The translations under genes and the position numbers were made by a program. 64,000 bases of DNA, from the IMG/VR virus record IMGVR_UViG_3300027754_005987, positions 45,205 through 109,204 of that record. One strand, written 5' to 3'. This stretch comes from a virus. Positions 1 to 8,581 of the stretch are shown here, piece after piece; positions within the stretch are counted from its first letter, which is position 1; each line of letters opens with the position of its first letter. The notes beneath the pieces were generated by a model. It searched no databases and was not told the origin of the DNA. It worked only from the letters and a program-made list of their open reading frames with translations.

Positions 1-1344
1 GATAATCTTTTAAACGAAAACGCATTTGCTGGTGGGTTTGCTAATCACCCAAAAAGTGGTGGTTTCACAGGTGAAGGTAATCTAGAAGGTAATACTCCAT
101 TATTTGAAGCTGAAGAAGAAAACAATCCATGGGCTATTTGTACTTCAAGTGTTGGTCGTGAAGACAAGGATAAATACGAAGCTTGTGTTATGTCTGTTAA
201 AAAAGAAAAAGGTATTGAAGAATCTATGACTGAAAATGAATACTGCGGTATGAATGAAGCAGTTGAATTATCTGAAGCAGAAAAAGCTATTCAAGAAATG
301 ATGACTAGAATGGAAGATGATGATGATTATATATACGGTAAAACTGATGATGTATATAATTATGATAGCGAAAAAGACCCATTTGAGGATTATGATGATG
401 ATGAAATTGATTCGTTAGTTGGTATTAACAAAGAAAAAAACATTGATGAAGCATTTAAAACACAAGATGAATTAAACCAATTTGCTGGTCATGACGATTA
501 TCAGTGGTACATCGTTAACCCGAAAGGAGAAATAGTTGGTGGTAATGAATATTTACGTGACGCATTTGATAGTTTTGTTGAGTATTCTACTCAAGGTGAA
601 GAGGCAAACTATTTATATGTTAATGATAGTGAAAATGAAGATGCAGAAAGTCTTCACGATATGGCTGATAACTTTTTATCAAGTTATGGTTATGGTGAAC
701 CTGGAGATGATTTGGATGATTATGACCAAGGTGAATTAGATGAATTTGTTAGTTATTTTTCAACTAAAATACCATTTGCCAGATTTGATTATGGTGAAGG
801 TGAAGAATTGGGTGACCAATTCATTAATGGTTTTAGAATTGTTAAGAAAGATGATGGCATGTATGAATCTAAAAAAGAAAAATTATCTGATAAAGAAATA
901 GCTGCTAAAGAAAAGCCATATAATAAAATAACTCAAGCTGATATATTAAATTTAAAAGGTGTTAATTTGGATGAAATGATGGCTAGAATGGAAGGTGAAG
1001 AAGAGCCTGCTAAGGCCAAAGATATGACAGACGAAGAGCGAAAGAAAAAAGATGACGACTATTACCGTTCCACCGGGCATGCAACTGGCGACTGGGGCCC
1101 TCCCGGAGATAGAGATTATGGCATGGTGAAGGTTGATAATGATGATGATGATGAAGAAGAAGAAGAAGAAGAAGAAAAGCCAACGCTAGGACACAAAATA
1201 AAGAGCTTTTTAGGATTCAAGAAATCAAAAATCAACAAAGAAGATAAAGCTTTGAGTGCTATTGAAGAAAGCATTGAAAGATTAGACGCTTTACTAGAAG
1301 GTGAATTAAAAAAAAAAGCACAAACGTTAACAAAAAAGAAGTAA
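1..1344 (+). CDS. Acidic modular protein, 5'-truncated by the window edge; putative internal head (poly)protein
   Basis: Frame is open from base 1 (DNLLNENAFAGG...NPWAICTSSVGR...KYEACV) into the 190..1344 ORF; very D/E-rich with many L/I/M-x-E motifs. Confidence 0.55.
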   Translation, partial: DNLLNENAFAGGFANHPKSGGFTGEGNLEGNTPLFEAEEENNPWAICTSSVGREDKDKYEACVMSVKKEKGIEESMTENEYCGMNEAVELSEAEKAIQEMMTRMEDDDDYIYGKTDDVYNYDSEKDPFEDYDDDEIDSLVGINKEKNIDEAFKTQDELNQFAGHDDYQWYIVNPKGEIVGGNEYLRDAFDSFVEYSTQGEEANYLYVNDSENEDAESLHDMADNFLSSYGYGEPGDDLDDYDQGELDEFVSYFSTKIPFARFDYGEGEELGDQFINGFRIVKKDDGMYESKKEKLSDKEIAAKEKPYNKITQADILNLKGVNLDEMMARMEGEEEPAKAKDMTDEERKKKDDDYYRSTGHATGDWGPPGDRDYGMVKVDNDDDDEEEEEEEEKPTLGHKIKSFLGFKKSKINKEDKALSAIEESIERLDALLEGELKKKAQTLTKKK

Positions 1345-1361
1345 ATGAAGTAAAATATAAG

Positions 1362-3035
1362 TTGAAGCTAGCTGCTGCACAACCTGCGGCAGCTCCAGCT
1401 CCAGCTGAACCAGCTGAACCAATGGCTGATGACGAGTTAGATTTTGGTGGTGAAATGGAAACATCATCTGATGAAAAACCAGCAAGCGATAAACCGTTTG
1501 ATGATACACCATTTAATGCTGGTGTAGAAGCCGATGAAGATACAGACCCAAAAAAATTCATCGAACAACTAACTGGAAAGTTAGGACAATCCCTAAGAAA
1601 ATATACAGAAGAACAAGGACAACCAGATTTCGAATTAGAAAAATTCGCAATTAATTCTTTAATATCAGCAACTCATACATCTGAAATGGATGCGGAAGAT
1701 AGAAAAGATATAATAAAAAAAGTTAATACAGCTGGAAGTAAAAATGATAGCGATAAAGAAGATACTACAAATGATAGTAACCCTGATGATGGTGCTGATA
1801 ACAATAGTGCTGATGAGTTTGGTGGTGACATGGGTGGTGATAACTCTGCTGGTGAAGAAGATTTGGAAGAAACAGTATTTGAAAATTACTTCTTAGATAA
1901 GCCTAAGAAAAACAATATGTTTCAAGAAGGTTCTAATGATATTTTAGACGAAGAAGGTTTGTGGGATAATATTCGTAAAAAAAGAGCTAGAGGTGAAGCG
2001 CCAGCAAAACCAGGTGATGAAGATTATCCAGATAAAAAACAATGGAATCGTCTAACTAAAGAAGCAGATGGAGAATCAAACAATTATATGTTCTGGCAAA
2101 ATCTTAAAGGAATTTATGATGATGCAACTGAAATCTTGGGTATGAACCAACAAGAGGTTGATGCATTGATTGCTGATGGTCATCAATGGGCTTTAGAACA
2201 CGTTATCACATCAAAAGATGATGTCGAAGAAGTTTATCATTTTGTTGAAGCTACTATCGAAGGTGCTGAAATGAATGAAGGTGAGCACGAATCAAACAAT
2301 TATATGTTTTGGTCAAGTTTAAAAACCATTCAACACGCATCTAAAGAATTATTAGAAATGGATTATGATAGTGTTGATGCTTTATTAAGTGATGGTCATG
2401 GATGGGCTTTAGACCATATAGCAACAGCTGCTGATGATATGGAAGAAGTATATCACTTCTTAGCAAATACATTAGACGCTTATGATGGTGATACTGAAGG
2501 TGGTTATGAAGATGAACATGGTTCAGTTGAAAATGTTGGTTTAAATGAAGCTGAATACCATGGTAAAAAAGTTAAATTAGGAAAACCAACAAAAGGTGAT
2601 GTTAAAAAATTCAAAGTTTACGTTAAAAATAAAAAAGGTAAAGTTGTAAAAGTTAATTTTGGCGACCCTAATATGGAAATAAAAAGGGATAATCCAAAAA
2701 GAAGAAAATCATTTAGAGCTAGACATAAATGTGCACAGGCTAAAGATAGAACAACGCCTAAATATTGGTCTTGTAAAATGTGGTCAACAAAACCAGTTTC
2801 TAAAATTGTTGGTGAAAATTTGGATGAGATTGAAAAAACTAGTATATTTGATAAAAATTATTTGAAGTATAAACTTCAAGAAACATTTAATCAAGAAGAT
2901 ATTATGGATAAACCAATGATTCAACCAGAAGTAAAACCAGCACCAGACAAAGTGCAACCTATTGCGCCAAGTAGAAAAAATAAACCATTTTTACCTACAC
3001 CTAGTGTTAAACCAGACCCAAAAGCTAGTAAATAA
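1362..3035 (+). CDS. Acidic modular protein with a duplicated domain and a basic C-terminal domain; probably the frameshift extension of the upstream ORF
   Basis: TTG start only; frame is open from 1305; two ESNNYMFW...DGH.WAL.H...EEVYHF repeats; basic domain EAEYHGKKVKLGKP...FRARHKC...YWSCKMW of a type seen in T4-like phages. Confidence 0.6.
   Translation: MKLAAAQPAAAPAPAEPAEPMADDELDFGGEMETSSDEKPASDKPFDDTPFNAGVEADEDTDPKKFIEQLTGKLGQSLRKYTEEQGQPDFELEKFAINSLISATHTSEMDAEDRKDIIKKVNTAGSKNDSDKEDTTNDSNPDDGADNNSADEFGGDMGGDNSAGEEDLEETVFENYFLDKPKKNNMFQEGSNDILDEEGLWDNIRKKRARGEAPAKPGDEDYPDKKQWNRLTKEADGESNNYMFWQNLKGIYDDATEILGMNQQEVDALIADGHQWALEHVITSKDDVEEVYHFVEATIEGAEMNEGEHESNNYMFWSSLKTIQHASKELLEMDYDSVDALLSDGHGWALDHIATAADDMEEVYHFLANTLDAYDGDTEGGYEDEHGSVENVGLNEAEYHGKKVKLGKPTKGDVKKFKVYVKNKKGKVVKVNFGDPNMEIKRDNPKRRKSFRARHKCAQAKDRTTPKYWSCKMWSTKPVSKIVGENLDEIEKTSIFDKNYLKYKLQETFNQEDIMDKPMIQPEVKPAPDKVQPIAPSRKNKPFLPTPSVKPDPKASK
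2073..2468 (+). repeat. Tandem duplication of a ~60-aa domain (about 2073-2252 and 2289-2468)
   Basis: Both copies start gaatcaaacaattatatgtt and encode ESNNYMFW..LK.I...A.E.L.M....VDAL..DGH.WAL.H.....DD.EEVYHF. Confidence 0.85.
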
Positions 3036-3445
3036 TGAAAGACCTTTTTTTAATATATGTTAATATGGTTGGTAAAGATTACAAAGGTAATCTTATATAT
3101 GAATTTATATTTTCAGACACAACCAAAAATATAGATGGTAATGAGTGGGATACATTCCCTGCTTCTGGGAGACCAGAAGCTCCTCATGACCATTTTATTA
3201 AAAAGGTTGGTAGATTAGAATCTGAACTTAATTTGGATGTTGTTCAAAATAGCGATACATTTGCTGTTTGGGATGCTGTTGATGGGGTTATAGCTTTAGC
3301 ATGGGAAAATATAAATGCTTATGATTCTTATCCAGAAAAAAGACTTTGTTTTAAATTTGGTGAACCAATAAAAGAAGTTGAAGCCAAATTATATGAGAAT
3401 GACATAATATTGAATTACAATACGAAACAAAATGAAAAAATCTAA
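3035..3445 (+). CDS. Hypothetical phage protein
   Basis: 136-aa ORF with TAATG overlap to the upstream gene. Confidence 0.7.
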   Translation: MKDLFLIYVNMVGKDYKGNLIYEFIFSDTTKNIDGNEWDTFPASGRPEAPHDHFIKKVGRLESELNLDVVQNSDTFAVWDAVDGVIALAWENINAYDSYPEKRLCFKFGEPIKEVEAKLYENDIILNYNTKQNEKI

Positions 3446-4469
3446 TATAAACGAAGAAGATAAATCAAAATTTAGAATACATGTTGATGCTAAAACATTA
3501 AAAAACCCAACAATGACTAAAAAAATGGCTGATATTCAGAATGCAAATCCATATATTGAATTTGATATGGAGCCAACTAAAGATGGTAATATACCAACAA
3601 TGGAAGATTTGGCCGAAGATAATTCAGTTTTAGAACCAGAAGCACTTATAACGCCTCAAGATAAAACCACAATAAAATATCTTTCTAATGTAAAAGATAG
3701 TAAAACTGGTGAGATTTCACAACCATTTACTATTGGTGCTCAAAAATACCAAATGGTTAGAGGAACATGTGATAATCAAATTGTTATGGCTGTTTTTGCA
3801 CATGATGAAACTGATGAACTTGGTGAAAACATTATATATTCAATTGATGAATTTGAAAAAAATATTGCATTGCCAATGCTAGAAACTATGGGGTTAAGAG
3901 GTCAAGATATTGGTATGGTTGGAGATGAGCCAATGACAGACGTTAAGGATGACACGTACGAAGGTTATAAGCACTATCTAGTGAACAAAGAAACAAATGA
4001 AGTACGTAAGTTTAAAACAATAGAAGAAATGCTTTCTAGTGATAAATTAGACACTGAAGAATATATGGGTGTTGGTAAGTTTAAAAAACACATGAATGAA
4101 AAGTTATTTGGTTCTAAAAAAAGAAATATTGAACCATTAAACGAAGTTACACCTACTGGTGAAGAGAGCGATGAAGAAATGAACATCAAAGCTAAAAAAT
4201 TAATGGATATGATTGGTAAAAGAATACCAACTAACATAATAAAAACAATAACAACACCAGTAGCACAAAGAGAAGTAATTGCAGCATTTGCTGAACTTAT
4301 TGGTGTTCCTAGAAATGGTTTAAATAAATTAATTATGGGGTTAAAAGTTTTGGCAAAACAAGAAACAACTCCAGTAGCTGAATCTAAGGTAATGACCAAG
4401 AATGAATTAATGGAAAGTCTTAAAAAACATAAAATCATTAAAACAATCAAAATAAAAGATATTAAATAA
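3432..4469 (+). CDS. Hypothetical protein, putative internal head protein
   Basis: 345-aa ORF; INEE, LAE, MNE, LNE and VAE motifs; basic C-terminus. Confidence 0.6.
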   Translation: MKKSNINEEDKSKFRIHVDAKTLKNPTMTKKMADIQNANPYIEFDMEPTKDGNIPTMEDLAEDNSVLEPEALITPQDKTTIKYLSNVKDSKTGEISQPFTIGAQKYQMVRGTCDNQIVMAVFAHDETDELGENIIYSIDEFEKNIALPMLETMGLRGQDIGMVGDEPMTDVKDDTYEGYKHYLVNKETNEVRKFKTIEEMLSSDKLDTEEYMGVGKFKKHMNEKLFGSKKRNIEPLNEVTPTGEESDEEMNIKAKKLMDMIGKRIPTNIIKTITTPVAQREVIAAFAELIGVPRNGLNKLIMGLKVLAKQETTPVAESKVMTKNELMESLKKHKIIKTIKIKDIK

Positions 4470-5740
4470 TGAAAGACTATAAAAAAATAGCTGAAGAAGC
4501 ATTAAAAAAATCTAAAGAAGGTAAAACAATAAAACGTTTAGTTGAAAGTGTTGTTTACCCAGATGGTTTAACTGAAAGAATGAATTCTAAACTAGAAGAA
4601 GATTTAGTTAAACAAAATACGTCTTTAGGTAAGCATCCAATATTTCCAGAAGGTGATGAGTCATCTTTTGAACAAAAAATAATGGGTGAAAGATTTAGCG
4701 AAGTTGCTAAACGTTATAAAAGAGCTTATGATGTTGATTTAATTGATAATTCTGAAGTTATGATGGGTATGTTACCATTACTTTCAGAAACGATGAAGTT
4801 AGAGTCTAATAAGAAAAAAGAATTGGAGAAATTAGCTATTGAAATGATTCGAGAAGAATATGATATGGGTGAAGATGTTGTTGAAATACATGCTGAATTA
4901 ACATCTAACATCAATATGGTTGGAACTAAAAAGAATCCAACGCCAGTTCCAGTTGTTATGGAATTCAAAAATCATGATGAAATGGTTAATGCTAATGAAG
5001 AAGTATACAAACGTAGATTCTTAAATGCAATGATGCAAGGTGCCGCTAAAAAATGCAATCACATGTTTCATATGGTTGATGATGAATTAACTGACATTGA
5101 CCCTCGTTTATCTAGTAGATATGCTAAGTTGATGGCATCTGCTGATTACATGTATTATATAATACCTGAAATGGAAGATGGTGTTACTGGTGGAATTGTT
5201 AGAGTAGAGTTTCCTACTAAAGATAACCCTAAAGCAATAATATATGTTCAAGCAATGGTTTTTCCAGTTCTTATTCATGAATTGGTTAAAGGAGTTATGG
5301 AATTATTATCAGCACATGGTTTACCTAAAAATAAAAAAATAGGTAATTTTGTAATTGATAAAGCAGATTATTTGGCTGCTGAACCATGGGACATGAGAAT
5401 TGGGCCTGCTTTATGGAGTAAATTCACAGATGCAATAGAACCAGATGATTTCAAATTAAAACACCACGTATATTCTGAACTAGCGGCTTTACCAGTTAGA
5501 GAATTTAATATTAAGATGAGAGAGATTATGGGTGGGACAAAAGAAGGTAAAAATATAGTTAAAAATATATTAGATGAAGTTAAAATAGGTTTAAAGGAAG
5601 AAGAGTTTAACGAATCAATTAATGAGTACAATGATATACCTGATGATGATGGTTTTAAGTTTGATGAACTTATGAATGGTGATGATTCTGGTAAAAATTT
5701 GGATGATGAAGACGGATGGGATATTGAAGATTTGTTTTAA
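4469..5740 (+). CDS. Hypothetical phage protein, possibly head-associated
   Basis: 423-aa ORF with TAATG coupling, acidic tail, followed by a terminator. Confidence 0.65.
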   Translation: MKDYKKIAEEALKKSKEGKTIKRLVESVVYPDGLTERMNSKLEEDLVKQNTSLGKHPIFPEGDESSFEQKIMGERFSEVAKRYKRAYDVDLIDNSEVMMGMLPLLSETMKLESNKKKELEKLAIEMIREEYDMGEDVVEIHAELTSNINMVGTKKNPTPVPVVMEFKNHDEMVNANEEVYKRRFLNAMMQGAAKKCNHMFHMVDDELTDIDPRLSSRYAKLMASADYMYYIIPEMEDGVTGGIVRVEFPTKDNPKAIIYVQAMVFPVLIHELVKGVMELLSAHGLPKNKKIGNFVIDKADYLAAEPWDMRIGPALWSKFTDAIEPDDFKLKHHVYSELAALPVREFNIKMREIMGGTKEGKNIVKNILDEVKIGLKEEEFNESINEYNDIPDDDGFKFDELMNGDDSGKNLDDEDGWDIEDLF

Positions 5741-5764
5741 AGACACACATAACATAATAGATTT

Positions 5765-5785
5765 AAGGACCCTTTTGGGTCCTTT
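5765..5785 (+). terminator. Intrinsic terminator hairpin
   Basis: AAGGACCC-TTTT-GGGTCCTT-T immediately after the ORF. Confidence 0.7.
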
Positions 5786-5819
5786 GTCATTTATAATAAA
5801 CGTTTTCTATGTTTCTAGT

Positions 5820-5828
5820 ATATTTATA
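5820..5828 (+). promoter_or_regulatory. Putative phage late promoter motif ATATTTATA
   Basis: 13 nt upstream of the terminase ATG; motif recurs before at least 9 genes. Confidence 0.6.
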
Positions 5829-5841
5829 GTTAAAAAATAAT

Positions 5842-8289
5842 ATGTTAACAACCAATGAAATATTCAAAGAGTATGCAAAATGTTTAACAAGTCCAGTTTA
5901 TGCAATTGAGGCTTATCTAGAGACATTTGATAAAACTCAAGAAGGGTTTGTTCCATTTAAGCTTTTTCCTAGACAAAAAGAAATTATTTACGCATACGAA
6001 AAACATAGATTTAATTTAATTACTAAACCTAGACAGGCTGGGGTATCAACAACAACAGCTGCATATATGTCAATAAAAGTTGGTTTTGCTGACGAACAAA
6101 ATCCAGAAGCTATTCTAATTATTGCGAATAAGCAAGAGTTAGCTTTTGAGTTTTTGGCTAAGATTAAAGATTTTTTATCACAATTACCTAGATGGGTTTG
6201 GGGTGATGAGTATTATGGTAATAGTAAGAATGAAAGTAAATCTATATTCTTAACAGACTCTAAAAAAGAAATTAAACTACCTAATGGTAGTCGTGTAAAA
6301 GCGGTAGCTACATCTAAAGATGCCTTGCGTGGATTTACCCCAACTTATCTTGTAATGGATGAGGCTGCCTATATTGATAATGGTGATGAAGTATTTGGTG
6401 CGGCCCTTACAGCTTTAGGTTGTTTAACTAAAGACTCATTGATATTAACCGAAAATGGTTTAGTTGAGTTAGATGAATTGGTTACTGAAAAAGATAAATT
6501 AGGGTTTACTGATTTAGAAACACCACATATGGTTTGTAATAAAGACGGTATTTTAACACCAGCAACCCAAACATTTGTAAGTGAGTATGGTGAAACTTTT
6601 AAAATAAAAACAAAATTAGGTATAGAGTTAGAGGGTAGTTGGAAACATCCATTATTAATTAATAGAAATGGTGAAGAAGTTTGGGTACGAATGAATGAAT
6701 TAGCTGTTGGTGATAAACCAATAATTAATTATGGTCAAAATTATTTTGGTGAAAATGATTACGTGATTAATGATAATGATTATATTTATACGTCAAACGA
6801 ATTATTAAAAGCAAAAAAAGAAATTTTAATTGATTATATTGGAAAATTATTTTTTGGTCGTGATTATTTTATTAACACAAATAAGAACACCTTAAGAAGG
6901 GTCCAATCTTTATTATTTAATATGGGTATTATATCAATAATAGATGGGGATATGTTAGTTAAAATAACCTTTACTCACGATTTTAATAATATAATTATTG
7001 ATGAGATAATTGAAATAACTAAGGGGGAAGATTATACGTATGATTTACACGTACCAGAAACTAATTCATTCATATCAAATGGTATAGTTAGCCATAATAC
7101 TGGGGGTAAAGCTACGCTAATATCAACTCCAAGGGGTATGGATGCGTTATATTACAAAACTTACGACCAAGCAAAGAGCAAAAAAAATAACTTCAATATC
7201 ATTGAAATGAAATGGTATGAGGATTTGCGTTATAATAAAGGCCTTAAATGGCTTAAAGGTGACCAAGTTTTTGAAGAATACGAATTTACCTTTGATTCAT
7301 ATAATAAAATGATTGATGATGGATGGAAACCAACATCATTTTGGTATGAGGAAATGTGTAGAGGTATGAACAATGATGCTAAAATGATAGCACAAGAGTT
7401 AGACGTTTCATTCATAGGTTCTGGTGGTAACGTTATTAGTGAAGAATATATTGATAATCAAAATAAGTTTAATGTAAAAGACCCAATAATGATGTTAGGG
7501 TCAGAACAAGAAACATGGATATGGGAAGAACCAAAAGAAGGTCATCAATACATACTCGGATGCGATGTATCTAGGGGTGATGGTGAGGATGCTTCTACTA
7601 TTGTTATTTTAGATTTCACTACTATGGAACAAGTTTTGGAATATCAAGGTAAAATACAACCAGATTTACTTGCGCAATTAGTTGAACAATATGGTGAAAT
7701 GTATAAAGCATATGCAGTAGTCGATATTACTGGTGGTATGGGTGTTTCTACAGTATTAAAACTACTTGAATTTGATTATAAGCGATTGCATTATGATTCT
7801 TTAGGTGGTAAAGTATTATCAACTAGACAAAGAGAAATGGTTTCTTATGGCAAAGGAGATAAAATACCTGGTTTTCAAGCAACAAATGTTCGTTTACCAA
7901 TGATTTCAAATTTGGAATATAGTATTAGAACAGATACTGTTAAAATACGTTCCAGACGACTTACATCGGAATTAAAGACATTTATATATAAAAATGGAAG
8001 ACCAGACCACATGGATGGTTATCATGACGATTTAATTATGTCTTTGGCAATGTGTTTATGGGTTTTGGAACATTCTTTTAAAAACCTAGAAAAGTTAGAA
8101 AAACAAACAAAAGCAATATTAAATAGCTGGGCTGTTGGTTCTAGTAATAGACCAACTATCACAACTACAGATAGCAACACAAAAAAAACAATAACAACGG
8201 TAAACCAAAAACACCCTGCATATAAAAATGTTCAAGACCCTACTGGTCAGTATGCGTGGTTATTTAGTGGTCAAAATAAAATGAAATAA
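5842..8289 (+). CDS. terL: Terminase large subunit (T4 gp17-like) containing an intein
   Basis: PFKLFPRQ, Walker A KPRQAGVST, Walker B LVMDEAA, motif ISTP, nuclease motifs GCDVSRG and HDDLIMS. Confidence 0.95.
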   Translation: MLTTNEIFKEYAKCLTSPVYAIEAYLETFDKTQEGFVPFKLFPRQKEIIYAYEKHRFNLITKPRQAGVSTTTAAYMSIKVGFADEQNPEAILIIANKQELAFEFLAKIKDFLSQLPRWVWGDEYYGNSKNESKSIFLTDSKKEIKLPNGSRVKAVATSKDALRGFTPTYLVMDEAAYIDNGDEVFGAALTALGCLTKDSLILTENGLVELDELVTEKDKLGFTDLETPHMVCNKDGILTPATQTFVSEYGETFKIKTKLGIELEGSWKHPLLINRNGEEVWVRMNELAVGDKPIINYGQNYFGENDYVINDNDYIYTSNELLKAKKEILIDYIGKLFFGRDYFINTNKNTLRRVQSLLFNMGIISIIDGDMLVKITFTHDFNNIIIDEIIEITKGEDYTYDLHVPETNSFISNGIVSHNTGGKATLISTPRGMDALYYKTYDQAKSKKNNFNIIEMKWYEDLRYNKGLKWLKGDQVFEEYEFTFDSYNKMIDDGWKPTSFWYEEMCRGMNNDAKMIAQELDVSFIGSGGNVISEEYIDNQNKFNVKDPIMMLGSEQETWIWEEPKEGHQYILGCDVSRGDGEDASTIVILDFTTMEQVLEYQGKIQPDLLAQLVEQYGEMYKAYAVVDITGGMGVSTVLKLLEFDYKRLHYDSLGGKVLSTRQREMVSYGKGDKIPGFQATNVRLPMISNLEYSIRTDTVKIRSRRLTSELKTFIYKNGRPDHMDGYHDDLIMSLAMCLWVLEHSFKNLEKLEKQTKAILNSWAVGSSNRPTITTTDSNTKKTITTVNQKHPAYKNVQDPTGQYAWLFSGQNKMK
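6421..7098 (+). mobile_element. Intein (226 aa, degenerate endonuclease) in the terminase
   Basis: Starts CLTKDSLILTENG, block-B-like GSWKHP, ends YTYDLHVPETNSFISNGIVSHN followed by Thr. Confidence 0.92.
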
Positions 8290-8290
8290 A

Positions 8291-8536
8291 ATGGGAATAA
8301 GTAAAAAAATTTTAATTCAAGCTAAACCTATTAACGATGTTGTATTTTTTTGGTCACCACCAAAAAACAATTTTGGACCAAATAAAAATATAAAAAAATA
8401 TGTAAAACCATATTTTTGTAACGCAACAAAATATTCTCAGGGTCAAGATTGGATAACAACATATGTATATGATAGAGTAATTGTTGATGGTGAGCAACAA
8501 CATTCGGCTTATGTTGAATGCGATTATGTTCAATAA
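8291..8536 (+). CDS. Small hypothetical protein
   Basis: 81-aa ORF between terminase and portal. Confidence 0.55.
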   Translation: MGISKKILIQAKPINDVVFFWSPPKNNFGPNKNIKKYVKPYFCNATKYSQGQDWITTYVYDRVIVDGEQQHSAYVECDYVQ

Positions 8537-8581
8537 CTATTTAATTTCTAAAAAAATAGAACTATATTTAAATAAAAAATT

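Noticed and set aside
5272-5292. Zinc-metalloprotease HExxH motif in the 423-aa protein
   Set aside because: The sequence is HELVK, so the second His is missing
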